Source: a virus
Lineage: Duplodnaviria; Caudoviricetes
DNA length: 64,000 nucleotides
Reading direction: 5' to 3' (one strand)
IMG/VR virus record: IMGVR_UViG_3300002220_006617
Coordinates: 1 to 64,000 of that record
Part shown: piece after piece, positions 28,454-38,946 of the stretch
Layout: each line of letters opens with the position of its first letter
How positions within the stretch are numbered: the first letter of the stretch is position 1
Position numbers and translations under genes: made by a program
Notes under the pieces: model-generated
Seen by the model: only the letters and a program-made list of their open reading frames with translations
Told to the model about the DNA's origin: nothing
Database searches by the model: none

Positions 28454-29228
28454 CAATTCACGGGTAGATCATCACCTATCCAATAAACACGTTTTAGTTT
28501 CCGCCTCCATGTGCTGGAGAAAAGACAAATTCCGGATCCCCAATTTTCTGGATGGGGCTGCGAGCATCATGCTGGATTCAGGGGCATTCACGTACAAAAA
28601 CGGGGGATTCCCCTACAATTGGAGCCAGTACCTCCGGTTCGTCATTGACTTCCATGCACGATACCCACAAACCGACTGTTTTGCTGTCATGGACCGGTTT
28701 GCCCAGGGAATGGCTACCAGCGACATCAATCAGAAATACGGGGCATGGGAAGGCCTGCCGGCCAACCCGATCATGATCATCCAGGGAGAAACGCTCGAGG
28801 ACTATGTAAATTGCCTTGAAGAAACCTACTGGCTCAACGACGACTTTGAAGAAAACTATCCTGGCCTCTGGCAACACCTTTCATCAGAAGATTTCGACGA
28901 TACTGAATTCGAATATTCCCTCTCACCCCTGATCGGTATCGGCAACATTGCCGGCCGGAACCACCGGGATGAAGTTTTCAAAATACTCAAAACAATCCGG
29001 CACATTGTCGGCGATACCCAGAAAATCCACGTTCTCGGCCTCAAATACCGGTTCTGGCGTGACGACGATATCCGCAACCAGATCAACCAGGCTGACAGCG
29101 GTATCTGGCGGTTCGGCACCACCAAACGATTCCCCAGTAACCATACCGAAAAGATCGAGAACCTCCATGCATTCGATAAAAAACTCAGCAATGTTTTCGC
29201 TCAGCAATCCATTGCAGGATACTCATGA
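28428..29228 (+). CDS. TGT/DpdA-like transglycosylase-fold protein
   Basis: MLDSGAF, AVMD, IIQG, IGIG, IHVLG, ADSG.W. Confidence 0.75.
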   Translation: MDKFYYTFDNSRVDHHLSNKHVLVSASMCWRKDKFRIPNFLDGAASIMLDSGAFTYKNGGFPYNWSQYLRFVIDFHARYPQTDCFAVMDRFAQGMATSDINQKYGAWEGLPANPIMIIQGETLEDYVNCLEETYWLNDDFEENYPGLWQHLSSEDFDDTEFEYSLSPLIGIGNIAGRNHRDEVFKILKTIRHIVGDTQKIHVLGLKYRFWRDDDIRNQINQADSGIWRFGTTKRFPSNHTEKIENLHAFDKKLSNVFAQQSIAGYS

Positions 29229-29512
29229 CACCACAACTACTCCTCCAGAAAAAACAACGACCAATCCTTGACGAACATTGCAAATTCCTTGCAACAATAA
29301 TCACCGCTGAGCTTCGCTACCGGAAATTCCCGCCAACCGTATCAAAAACAGATCTCGTTGATGTCATGTCGAGGAAATCAACAGCATTCGCCAAAGAAAC
29401 CAAATATATCCAGCGATACTGGACCTCCCGGGCACTAACCCTCAACGGGTATATAGCCAGCAGTGCTTCAAGAAACCGGTTCGACCGGGTAGAGGAGATC
29501 GAATATGATTGA
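29225..29512 (+). CDS. hypothetical protein
   Basis: ATGA coupling. Confidence 0.55.
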   Translation: MTPQLLLQKKQRPILDEHCKFLATIITAELRYRKFPPTVSKTDLVDVMSRKSTAFAKETKYIQRYWTSRALTLNGYIASSASRNRFDRVEEIEYD

Positions 29513-29596
29513 TCTCGCCCCGGCAAACGATGCAACCTGGATCATCCTGATCCTTGTTGAAATCCTGGTTGTATTATTCATCGATCGGTCTGCCAG

Positions 29597-30160
29597 TTGC
29601 GTCAAGGAATATATCCGTGCAAAATACGCCTGGAGAAAACCGTAGTGAAACGGGAAATCACCCGGCACTCGGTCACCTGCCCTCAGGAAACCCGGGCCAT
29701 CAACCATCACGCAACCAATAATGCCGTCTGGAACTCTCCTGAATGGAAAGCAGCCCTGTTCATCTTCAAACAGGTCCACCCGGTCTGCCTCTACTGCGGA
29801 AACCCGACACTGACTGCCCATCATCTCACCCTGGACGATTACGGCACCCCTGCATATATCGGAAGATACCTTTCACAATGCGACCCCGTCTGTGCCAGCT
29901 GCCACTGGTACCTCCACCACAACTACGAACGATGTTCCTGCAATGCAGGTTGGCGACTCATTGGGACCGATCACTGTAAAAACTGCAGACCCGGCAACGA
30001 AAAACAACAATGGATAGATCATCGCAAAACAACGGTTGAAAAAACAGCAACCATCCGTAAATCCATCAATGAAAAAACAAACGCAGCCCGGCGACCATAT
30101 CTCGACGCCCAGAACCAGCGACAACGAGAATGGTACCGGAACCACAAAAAGAAGAAGTGA
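29597..30160 (+). CDS. HNH-like Zn-binding nuclease
   Basis: CLYCG..TAHH..VCASCH; start uncertain. Confidence 0.7.
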   Translation: MRQGIYPCKIRLEKTVVKREITRHSVTCPQETRAINHHATNNAVWNSPEWKAALFIFKQVHPVCLYCGNPTLTAHHLTLDDYGTPAYIGRYLSQCDPVCASCHWYLHHNYERCSCNAGWRLIGTDHCKNCRPGNEKQQWIDHRKTTVEKTATIRKSINEKTNAARRPYLDAQNQRQREWYRNHKKKK

Positions 30161-30186
30161 ATCACCATGACAAAAACCTATTACTT

Positions 30187-30250
30187 TCCGTCGAATCGGG
30201 TAACCTCTCCGCTCTTTGATAAGAGCGTATCGGATACTCCATTCGCCGGA
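30187..30250 (+). repeat. conserved hairpin element copy 6
   Basis: TCCGTCGAATCGGGTAACC..GCTCTT-TGAT-AAGAGC..GGATACTCCATTCGCCGGA. Confidence 0.85.
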
Positions 30251-30436
30251 CTACCCTGCGGAGTAAATTATGATTTCTGATGAACCGTATGACTGTTGCA
30301 AATCCTGTACCGTACAGGCTGAATGCAAACAGGACTTTGATAAATCATTCAACACACGCACTGTTTCAACATTCCACGTTATTTACGGCGCTCGAATGGT
30401 CTGCCTCCACCCCCCGCAAAAGGAACTGATCACACC

Positions 30437-31753
30437 ATGACATACACTGCATTTATCTCACGGATTACCAACATCCGCCCGCACCCCGATCCCAAAACAC
30501 TCCGGTTAAAACTGGGAACCGTCTGCAACCAACAGATCGTTCTCGGAATGCCCTATCCGGAGGAAGGCCAGATAGGGATCTTTTTCCCTGTAGATGGCCG
30601 GTTAAGCGACCAGTTCCTGACCGCCAACAACCTGGTCGGCACCATTGACCCCGTCACCAAAGAGCGGAAAGGCGGATTCTTCGATATCAACGGCAAGGTC
30701 CGTGCCCAGTCATTCCGCGGCGCAAAGAGCTGGGGATACTGGACCCCGCTGGTATCCCTTGAATTCACCGGCGCTGATCTGACAACACTCGCCGAAGGTA
30801 TGACCGTCACAGACCTCAACGGTATCAAGATCTGCGAGAAATACGTCAATGCCAGAACCCAGGCTGCAGCAGCACAGAACAAAAAACGCCCGGAAGAGAA
30901 GGTCAAGTACCCGCTGTTCCATGAACACATCGACACCGCCAAACTCGAGTACTACATCAATGATCTCAAGAAAGGCGACGTCCTGGTCATCACCGAGAAA
31001 CTCCACGGGACCAGCGGCCGCACGGCCAACACGGTCCAGACCCGGCAATCCCGGATCGGGCTGCTCATCAACAACATCCTGAAACGCCGGTTCATCCAGC
31101 CGACACGGTCCTGGCAATATGTCACCGGCACCCGAAAAGTCATCAAGGACTTCAACAACCCGAATGATTACGGGTACTTCGGTGCTGACGAAACCTTCCG
31201 GAAAACAGCTCACGACCTGTTCACCGAAAAACTCCATAAAGGAGAAACGGTTTACTACGAGATTGTCGGATGGGCCAGCGAAACCCGGCCGATCTCATCC
31301 TGCCAAAACGCAGCAAAAATCAAACAGGACAAAGACTTTGCCAAAAAATGGGGAACTGAGATCACATTCCACTACGGCTGCCCAACCGGCACCACCCGGG
31401 TCTACGTCTACCGCATAACCACCACCAACGAAGACGGGATCGAAACTGACTATGCCTGGGACACCATCAAACGCCGGTGTTCTGAAATGGGTGTTGAACA
31501 CGTCCCGGAGATCGACCGGTTCATCTACGAGGGTGACAAGGACCAGTTACTCAGTTACCTGACCGACATCATCACCGACGAGCCCTCGACACTCACCAAT
31601 GCCCATATCATGGAAGGCGTCGTCGTCCGTGTTGATGGCAGTGAACCGCTGTTCTACAAGATCAAATCTCACGCTTTTGGGGTTTTGGAAGGATACCTCA
31701 AGGAAGATAACGTAATTGACCTTGAGGAAGCTCAGGAAGCAGCAGAAGCATGA
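30437..31753 (+). CDS. ATP-dependent RNA ligase (Rnl2/DRB0094-like)
   Basis: N-terminal OB domain, TEKLHGTS motif I, EGVVVR, KIKS. Confidence 0.9.
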   Translation: MTYTAFISRITNIRPHPDPKTLRLKLGTVCNQQIVLGMPYPEEGQIGIFFPVDGRLSDQFLTANNLVGTIDPVTKERKGGFFDINGKVRAQSFRGAKSWGYWTPLVSLEFTGADLTTLAEGMTVTDLNGIKICEKYVNARTQAAAAQNKKRPEEKVKYPLFHEHIDTAKLEYYINDLKKGDVLVITEKLHGTSGRTANTVQTRQSRIGLLINNILKRRFIQPTRSWQYVTGTRKVIKDFNNPNDYGYFGADETFRKTAHDLFTEKLHKGETVYYEIVGWASETRPISSCQNAAKIKQDKDFAKKWGTEITFHYGCPTGTTRVYVYRITTTNEDGIETDYAWDTIKRRCSEMGVEHVPEIDRFIYEGDKDQLLSYLTDIITDEPSTLTNAHIMEGVVVRVDGSEPLFYKIKSHAFGVLEGYLKEDNVIDLEEAQEAAEA

Positions 31754-32106
31754 CCAAACCACTTTTTGACTGCAGAACCTGCTCACACCTTCTCGGGGTT
31801 GTTCCGAAATATAGCGGCCAAATCAACTGTCAAGTTATCCTTGACGAAACCGGCCAATCTCAACGCAGTGAACGGACCCGGTGCTCAACCCACTCAGATG
31901 CCCCGCTTCCAATCCTCCAGAAGTTTCTCGAGATCGAACTCAAACACTGTCTCGAAAAACAACAGAACTCCTTCAACGAAAATGAACGGAATCGTTTGCA
32001 AAAACGTGCCGAACTCATGGACAATATAATCCACATCTGCCAAGAACTCGAGACGCAAGAAGGCATCGACCGGACCAAAAACCACATCAAACGGTGCGAA
32101 TCATGA
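31750..32106 (+). CDS. hypothetical protein
   Basis: ATGA coupling. Confidence 0.55.
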   Translation: MTKPLFDCRTCSHLLGVVPKYSGQINCQVILDETGQSQRSERTRCSTHSDAPLPILQKFLEIELKHCLEKQQNSFNENERNRLQKRAELMDNIIHICQELETQEGIDRTKNHIKRCES

Positions 32107-32798
32107 TCGACAAATCAACCCTCAACATTTTATTTACCAACGAAGTCGGGTCCCGCATGTGGGGTATGGAAGACCTGGCCAGTGATTACGACTGGATCAA
32201 TATCTTCCAGAACCAGACCAGCAACATCCTCCGAAACGACCCCCGTCCCAATAATCTCCCGCAGGAACAGTACCTCAACAATGCAGGCCGGGAAATGGAT
32301 GAAACCTACATGGAGATCGGCCATCTCATCAACCTGCTCTGTAAAGGCAACATCAACGCGATCTGGGCCGTCACCAGCCCGATAAAGATCAACAACAGCG
32401 AACTCGATGCTCGCGGGGACGAGATCCGCAAAGTTCTGGCTGCTTGTATTAAAAATAACCCTTCAAAACAGACCTGGCATTCAATCAACGGGATGGGCTG
32501 CTCCCAACTCACAGACGCCACAAAACGTGCCGGGGTCCGAGATACCAACAAAAGCCTACGGTCTGCAGCACGGACCTTCATGTTCGGCACCTGCCTGTTC
32601 GACAACGGCCTTCTTGATTACGAAGTTGGAAAAAACGTTCCCCGGCATATCAGCTTAGCTCAGGTCGTAACCTGTCAGGACCAGATGAGGACCGCATACG
32701 AGAGCTCCGAACTCCCGAAAACACCGGACGTATCCCAGTTCAAAGATTACCTCTACGAACTCCGGCTTCACGACCTGAAAAATCATGACCAACCGTAA
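32103..32798 (+). CDS. nucleotidyltransferase (YcgL/RlaP-like)
   Basis: VGSRMWG....SDYD, LLCKGNIN. Confidence 0.85.
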   Translation: MIDKSTLNILFTNEVGSRMWGMEDLASDYDWINIFQNQTSNILRNDPRPNNLPQEQYLNNAGREMDETYMEIGHLINLLCKGNINAIWAVTSPIKINNSELDARGDEIRKVLAACIKNNPSKQTWHSINGMGCSQLTDATKRAGVRDTNKSLRSAARTFMFGTCLFDNGLLDYEVGKNVPRHISLAQVVTCQDQMRTAYESSELPKTPDVSQFKDYLYELRLHDLKNHDQP

Positions 32799-32915
32799 CA
32801 AAGGCCGGCCACTCTCAAAAGAACACAGAATTGCCATCGGCCTTGGCGTCCAGAAACGACGGGACGAAGACATGAAACTAGTGATCACAGACCTCAAACG
32901 AAAAGGAAAATTACC

Positions 32916-33128
32916 ATGACAACAATCAAAGCAGTTTTTGAAATCGGAGAAGAAACCCAAAAAAAACTCCTCCCGCTCGCAAGAGAAATGTATGCCGACC
33001 GGTATGAATGCGAACCGGATAAAGACGACGACCTTTCAGAATGGATCGTCAACGCATACCTCCAGGAATGTTTCACTGACAGCTGGTGGTCCGAAGCAGC
33101 AACAATCACATCTGGTGAAGAGTCATGA
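32916..33128 (+). CDS. hypothetical protein
   Basis: coupled ORF. Confidence 0.55.
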   Translation: MTTIKAVFEIGEETQKKLLPLAREMYADRYECEPDKDDDLSEWIVNAYLQECFTDSWWSEAATITSGEES

Positions 33129-33805
33129 TCAACCTTAATCCAGATGGGTGGAAGGCCTTGCGAGTCCAGAAAATGTATCTCCAGTTGCTCGGGGATGTTA
33201 GCGATGGCCGACTTACCCACAACGAAATGATAGCCCTCAAAGGTTTACTAGGGCTCGTCGATGCGATCCAAGACCAGGAAGTAATGGAGAACAGTTCCTA
33301 CAACGTCTTCACCCACAGTCAGTTACAGGCCGATTCCAAGAACAATAACCTCGAAATTGACGACGCCCCGTGGGTGATCATCGATACTTCAGCACCCGGT
33401 TACGAATGGGTAGACGCTTTCACCACCAAAAAAGCAGCTGAAGTACAGGTCAAAAACCTTACCGGAGAATTCAAATTCAAATACCTCGAGATCATCCCGA
33501 AAAAAGAATGGAAAGCCCGGCAGACAAAAATCAAAGCATATCTGAAATCCGGATGCACAGTCATCATCACCAACGCCTACGCAGAACTCAACCATGTAGA
33601 TTCTGACGGATTTACCCTGGGAGATATCGATACTGAAGAAGGCCCTGACTTTGCATTAATCGGCTGTACACGGTATCCAATTGACTGGAGTTTCGTTCCA
33701 GATTCCAACAGTCAAGATGATGATCGCCCATTTATCCTGATCTCCCAACACCAGCTCGATGAACTCAGTAACGATGACCGTGAACTCATCGAGATCCCAG
33801 CATGA
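33125..33805 (+). CDS. hypothetical protein
   Basis: ATGA coupling. Confidence 0.65.
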   Translation: MINLNPDGWKALRVQKMYLQLLGDVSDGRLTHNEMIALKGLLGLVDAIQDQEVMENSSYNVFTHSQLQADSKNNNLEIDDAPWVIIDTSAPGYEWVDAFTTKKAAEVQVKNLTGEFKFKYLEIIPKKEWKARQTKIKAYLKSGCTVIITNAYAELNHVDSDGFTLGDIDTEEGPDFALIGCTRYPIDWSFVPDSNSQDDDRPFILISQHQLDELSNDDRELIEIPA

Positions 33806-34065
33806 CCCCCGAGCCCAAAATCTGCCCAATCCTGAGCAGTGACGACGCAGACCGGCAATTCGTTCTTTGCGCCGATGGGTTTCCCTCAAAAAGCAAAATC
33901 GTCTGCAGGGCTTGGATACCCACAGTCTACTTTTGCTCAAAAAGAGACGGTTGCACTATCCTGGAGAAAGAAGGTTGCTGGCCTGAAACCTGTTCTGAAT
34001 GGACCCCTCAGGTAGTCCTCAGACCCGGTTACTGCAAACTCATCGACAAAACACCGGAATTCTGA
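33802..34065 (+). CDS. Cys-rich hypothetical protein
   Basis: KICP...CRAW...GYCKLI. Confidence 0.6.
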   Translation: MTPEPKICPILSSDDADRQFVLCADGFPSKSKIVCRAWIPTVYFCSKRDGCTILEKEGCWPETCSEWTPQVVLRPGYCKLIDKTPEF

Positions 34066-34067
34066 AC

Positions 34068-34286
34068 ATGAAATGGAAATCATGGAAATGGGCCGTCACC
34101 CGTCGCATCACAATCCTTGTCGCCACATATGACTGGTGGTTCGGCGGATACTATGACGTAAGCAACCGGTGTCTTTACCTCATGGTCCCGTTCATAGGCC
34201 TCAAATTCGATTTTGGGGTCCTCCGCCATGAAAACGGTTGGTTCATGAGAGAAAGAATACGGACCTGGATGATGAAAAATGATTGA
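34068..34286 (+). CDS. hypothetical protein
   Basis: YDWWFGGYYD. Confidence 0.55.
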   Translation: MKWKSWKWAVTRRITILVATYDWWFGGYYDVSNRCLYLMVPFIGLKFDFGVLRHENGWFMRERIRTWMMKND

Positions 34287-35016
34287 AACTCCTTTCGATA
34301 TCTACCTCGTAGGTGGCGCGGTCCGTGATGAAATCATGGGCCGGCCGATCAAAGATAATGACTTTACCTGCGAATGCAAGTCATTCGACGAAATGTATGA
34401 TTTTGTCAATAACATCTCCGAGAGAATCTATGACATCCCAAACGCTGAATTCAACCTCTGCCTCCGAGCACGGTTCCATAAAGAACCGTTTCTGCTCAAT
34501 GGTCAGTCGTATACGGGCGATCTGGACTTCGCATGCTGCAGAAAAGAAGTGGGATATTCTGATGGAAGACATCCGGATGTAGTCACCATCGGTACGCTCA
34601 AAGAGGATTTGAGCAGGCGGGACTTTTGCATGAACGCCATTGCCCGGGTACCGGGCACCAAGAGATACATCGACCCTTACCACGGCCGCCGGGACATCAA
34701 AAATGAACTCATCCGTTGTGTCGGAGATCCCAACATCCGGTTCCAGGAAGATGCATTACGAATCGTCAGAGCCCTCCGGTTCTCCGTCACATTAGGTTTC
34801 AATATCGACATTGCAACCAATGCAGCCATGGGCGACCTGGCCAACCTCAAACGGTTATCAGGCGTCTCCATCGACCGCCGCCGGGATGAACTCCAGAAAA
34901 TGTTCAAAGCCGACACCATCCTCGCACTCGAGGCACTCAACCACCACAACGATCTGATGTGGTCTTTATTCGACGACACAGATCTCTGGCTCAATCCAAC
35001 CAACAAAAAACGTTAA
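34279..35016 (+). CDS. cca: class II CCA-adding tRNA nucleotidyltransferase
   Basis: YLVGGAVRD, DND, DLSRRDFCMNAIA, RFQEDALRIVRALRF. Confidence 0.93.
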   Translation: MIETPFDIYLVGGAVRDEIMGRPIKDNDFTCECKSFDEMYDFVNNISERIYDIPNAEFNLCLRARFHKEPFLLNGQSYTGDLDFACCRKEVGYSDGRHPDVVTIGTLKEDLSRRDFCMNAIARVPGTKRYIDPYHGRRDIKNELIRCVGDPNIRFQEDALRIVRALRFSVTLGFNIDIATNAAMGDLANLKRLSGVSIDRRRDELQKMFKADTILALEALNHHNDLMWSLFDDTDLWLNPTNKKR

Positions 35017-35038
35017 CCAATACCCCAGGAAAATTACC

Positions 35039-35713
35039 ATGATGCAAACCACATACACAACTAACAGCACAGATGACATCACAACTGCAATCACAACCTA
35101 TTTTGAGAACAGAAAATACACGGCAATAAAGCAATCATCTATCATTGCAACAATCGAATCAATGACCGGATACGCCCGTGAAACCATCCGGAAAGTCCTC
35201 ATCGAAATGTCAATAGGAGGAGTCCTGACACGGGAATTGGTAAACTTCAATGCATATACCACACGTTCAGAAGTATTTTACAGAATGAAAACAACCCCCG
35301 CAAGAAAGATTGCCGTAAACATAACTACGGAAAAACAGAACCGGGAGATGAATGATGGGCGAGCAGAATATCATACAAAAACCCGGAGAATGCTCAGTAC
35401 AAATACGACATTCATCGACTTCCTCCAGGAGTACCGGATAACATTCCCCGGATCATCAAGAACAAGAAAATCACTGGCTAAACTGTGGAAGAACACAAAA
35501 ATCAGAACAAAACAGCACAAAATAAAAACAATTACAGTCCCAGTAGCCAAAAAAACCCCCGAAGTATCAGCACCAGCCGGAAAAACACCCAAGGCAGACC
35601 CCTCAACATTCGAGTCCCTCCTGATGACGATTGTAAACCAGAACGCTACCATCATCAACGAACTGTACTCAAAAAAATATCCGGCATCAACGATAGTTCC
35701 CCTGGCCGTATAA
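35039..35713 (+). CDS. putative DNA-binding protein, paralog of 37958-38611
   Basis: wHTH-like N-terminus; F..Y...FP.S.RT..S...W unit. Confidence 0.65.
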   Translation: MMQTTYTTNSTDDITTAITTYFENRKYTAIKQSSIIATIESMTGYARETIRKVLIEMSIGGVLTRELVNFNAYTTRSEVFYRMKTTPARKIAVNITTEKQNREMNDGRAEYHTKTRRMLSTNTTFIDFLQEYRITFPGSSRTRKSLAKLWKNTKIRTKQHKIKTITVPVAKKTPEVSAPAGKTPKADPSTFESLLMTIVNQNATIINELYSKKYPASTIVPLAV

Positions 35714-35728
35714 AAAAAGTGATCTGCC

Positions 35729-35995
35729 ATGTTATCCGAAGACCTCAAAAAACAAATCCGTACCGTCAACACAGCCACAGACGTCCATGAACTCTGGGAC
35801 CTCTTGCGGGAAGTCCAGGACCGGGTACATCGTACAGAATGCATGACCTACTATTCAGGTGACAAGGTCATCTTCAACAACCGCGGCATAAAATCAACCG
35901 GCACGGTCACCAAAGTCAACCAGAAAACCATCAGTATCACACTCGACAACGGGGCCCGTTGGAAAGTCACTCCGTCATCCCTGGCAAAGGCATAA
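35729..35995 (+). CDS. KOW/SH3-like protein
   Basis: GDKVIF..GTVTKVNQKTI..W. Confidence 0.7.
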   Translation: MLSEDLKKQIRTVNTATDVHELWDLLREVQDRVHRTECMTYYSGDKVIFNNRGIKSTGTVTKVNQKTISITLDNGARWKVTPSSLAKA

Positions 35996-35997
35996 CC

Positions 35998-36480
35998 ATG
36001 AACGACGATTGCGTATGTAGTGCCTGTTACCGGGACGAATGTGAAACCCGGGACGCCAACGTAAACGTAGTAGCCTGCAGCGATCAGATCAAAAAAGATG
36101 ATCTTCTCACTGAAAAACAGATCACGGACCTGGTTGAAGCCATCATTGAAAACAGTTGCAATGACTGTAAACAATACTCGATCCCATTGAGTCAATCAGA
36201 TTGCCACTGTGACTTTGTTGCTGACACTATCGTTGATGCAACCCACAACAACAAAGAAGAACTGCGGGCCTGTGCCATCTGGGAACACTACCAGGACCTC
36301 CACATGAAATCATTGAACCTCAGCAACAACAACTGCCCGGTATGCCACGCCAAAGATTGCATGGACGGCAAAGAAGTTGTAATCGCAGATAACAAAGCTT
36401 TCCAGGATTGCTCCTGCACAGAATGCGGTAAAAGTTTCCAGCACGAATATACCCTAACGGCTGTCCGGGAATACATATAA
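35998..36480 (+). CDS. Zn-binding protein
   Basis: multiple CxxC. Confidence 0.6.
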   Translation: MNDDCVCSACYRDECETRDANVNVVACSDQIKKDDLLTEKQITDLVEAIIENSCNDCKQYSIPLSQSDCHCDFVADTIVDATHNNKEELRACAIWEHYQDLHMKSLNLSNNNCPVCHAKDCMDGKEVVIADNKAFQDCSCTECGKSFQHEYTLTAVREYI

Positions 36481-36502
36481 CTCATTTTTTAGGTGAACTT
36501 TC

Positions 36503-37429
36503 ATGATTGAAATAGACAACGTCATTGCTATCCGCACCGAACATAAGTCAATCATCAATAGAATTGACTCCAGTCGGAAAGAGTCAGTAGAATTACTGAA
36601 AGAACAAGAGGCGAAGTACCGTGACGAAGAGTACCGGTTCGAAGGACTCAAACGAAAAACAGAAAGTCAACGAGCTGATCTCAATACTGCAACCGATAAA
36701 GAGATCACCAGCCACCGGATAACCATACGGGATATCGAATTGAAGTATCTCCGGCAGCTGGCATTCAGCAACATCCGGAACCACTACCCCCATGAATTCG
36801 AAATGGACTCCCGCGACGCTGAATCCCGCGGAATTGTTGAAGAACAGGTTATCTGGACACACCCCCTGGTTGCCATCATTGCCCGGTACGTCAGTAATAC
36901 CGGAAGGTACAATTCAAAACCAGTCAATAAAATTGACTATTCCGTAAAAGTCTACTTTCATAAGGATATGAACCAATGGCTTCGTGACATTGAAGGACAT
37001 TACACGGCCTGGGATACCCGGTACTTAATCGAGAAATCATTCCCAACTGTTGAGGCTGCCAAGAAATATCACGAACGAAACTCGGCCAAATACATCGAAC
37101 CTGCGATTGCCAACCTCACGGCATTCACCCAGGAGATCGATAATACAACATCGAATTTCGAACATCTCTTTGATTTCCGGTACCTCACCGAACCTTACCT
37201 CAACCGCCATCACAGCGGCGATAACTCATTCAAGATCCTCAAAACCGAGAAGTCAATACTGACTCTGGACGATGGGATCACAATTACTCTTGAAGGCAAC
37301 AGGTTCATCATTGCAGGGCCGCCATCACTCGACATCAACCCACGAGCCAGCGAAGGTTGGGATTATTCCCCCCGGGCCCAGATCCTTGGAGCTATTGAAA
37401 CAGAATTCAATCTCCATAAAATCAACTAA
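36503..37429 (+). CDS. hypothetical protein
   Basis: AGGTGA RBS; 308 aa. Confidence 0.7.
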   Translation: MIEIDNVIAIRTEHKSIINRIDSSRKESVELLKEQEAKYRDEEYRFEGLKRKTESQRADLNTATDKEITSHRITIRDIELKYLRQLAFSNIRNHYPHEFEMDSRDAESRGIVEEQVIWTHPLVAIIARYVSNTGRYNSKPVNKIDYSVKVYFHKDMNQWLRDIEGHYTAWDTRYLIEKSFPTVEAAKKYHERNSAKYIEPAIANLTAFTQEIDNTTSNFEHLFDFRYLTEPYLNRHHSGDNSFKILKTEKSILTLDDGITITLEGNRFIIAGPPSLDINPRASEGWDYSPRAQILGAIETEFNLHKIN

Positions 37430-37442
37430 CTTTTTATCTAGA

Positions 37443-37460
37443 AGTGACTTTCATTTATCT
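37443..37460 (+). promoter_or_regulatory. AGTGAC-N5-TATA promoter
   Basis: AGTGAC tttca TTTATC. Confidence 0.6.
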
Positions 37461-37486
37461 CCCGTCACCCCCTTCGTTCTCATTAT

Positions 37487-37936
37487 ATGACGACGTTTAT
37501 TGAAGAATACTGGCTGCCGCTTGCTATTGGTATAGTCGCAGCACTCTACGTCCTCCTACGGATTTTGTTCCCGGAACTGTTCAAGCCGGCTGTTGATCCC
37601 CAGACCCCCCCGGTCAATCCGACCACCCCTAATGAGGGTACTGTCTATGGAAAAATAGTATACAGCGACAGTACCTTACTCAACGGAACAACCATCACCC
37701 TGAAAGCAGGAGGTACCACCACAATCGGAACGTTTGTGATGGGAGATACCTGTTCTTCATATACCTATGCATTCCACAAAGTGCCGCACGGAGCCTATGT
37801 TCTAACGGCACACAGGGATCTCGGGAATGGATCATATCTCCGGGGGGATGCCCAGGTAAATCTGAAAGGGACCGTGCAGATCATACCCGACTTGACACTG
37901 GAAAGAACAAAATCCACCATCAAAACCTTTTTTTAA
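37487..37936 (+). CDS. membrane-anchored carboxypeptidase-regulatory-like beta-sandwich protein
   Basis: N-terminal TM; GTVYGKI..YAFHKVPHGAYVLTA. Confidence 0.7.
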   Translation: MTTFIEEYWLPLAIGIVAALYVLLRILFPELFKPAVDPQTPPVNPTTPNEGTVYGKIVYSDSTLLNGTTITLKAGGTTTIGTFVMGDTCSSYTYAFHKVPHGAYVLTAHRDLGNGSYLRGDAQVNLKGTVQIIPDLTLERTKSTIKTFF

Positions 37937-37957
37937 TTGAATCACCTTCATGCCAAT

Positions 37958-38611
37958 ATGCAATCACAGACGAGAGGGTCATATCATAAGATTCTAACCT
38001 CTGAAAAAGAACTAACGTTAACTGCCAAAAACGCACGAAAATATTTAGAAAAATACAGAGAAGTCTTTCCAAATTCCGAGCGTAACGATACGTCGATAAA
38101 AAGCATCTGGAACAACCGGCATAAATGGGAGAAAGAACTAGGAAGAAAAACCCCGGCCAAAATCAATCGAACACCCATCCCGCGGCAATCTAAAAAAGAA
38201 ACAGTCACCCTTCATCCCGCGGTTGTCCCGCACGGTATGCTCGGCAACAAGATAGGCGACCTTGAAAAACGTATGGTTGTCGAGTCCAGAACCTTTGACG
38301 AATTCACAACCAAATATCGTGAAATCTATCCCGAGACTGACCGAACCAACACCAACCTTTACAGCATTTACGGCAAACGTCATCTTTATAAAAAAGATTT
38401 CACCATCACTCTGGCACTCCCGGATAAAAAGAAAATCACCACCCCTGCAACCCCTCCGGCAGTCCCTGAAAAAGACATTAAGGACCTCATGATCACCCAG
38501 AATAACCTGCTCGCCGAGATCATCCAGTTACATAAAGAAACCATCCAGCTCAATAAAGACACATATGCATTATTCGATGAACTCCGAACAAAAAAACCAA
38601 AAGAACCATAA
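37958..38611 (+). CDS. protein with two tandem repeat units, paralog of 35039-35713
   Basis: KYREVFPNSERNDTSI..IW / KYREIYPETDRTNTNL..IY. Confidence 0.65.
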   Translation: MQSQTRGSYHKILTSEKELTLTAKNARKYLEKYREVFPNSERNDTSIKSIWNNRHKWEKELGRKTPAKINRTPIPRQSKKETVTLHPAVVPHGMLGNKIGDLEKRMVVESRTFDEFTTKYREIYPETDRTNTNLYSIYGKRHLYKKDFTITLALPDKKKITTPATPPAVPEKDIKDLMITQNNLLAEIIQLHKETIQLNKDTYALFDELRTKKPKEP

Positions 38612-38946
38612 TTGTCCTATATGTCCCATAATTGTCCTAAAAAACCAGAATATAACCAAAGTGACTTTTATTTCCACAGACAATTGAACAATATGATAAA
38701 AAAACCAGATAAAAGATCTAGTTCTTATGTAGCATCATACGGTTTATGAACATAGGTCTACGACGTAAAACGAACTCTTCGGAATTTCCGAATAGTTCGG
38801 CCTCCACTGGAAATGGACCACAACTCCAATGAAATACCACCCCTTTTCACCAACCCCTCACGTCAGACTTTCGTAGAACAAACATTTTGTGACTACTTCC
38901 ATAGAAACCTATTTAAAAAAGCCCGTTCAACCATCCACCGTCGATA

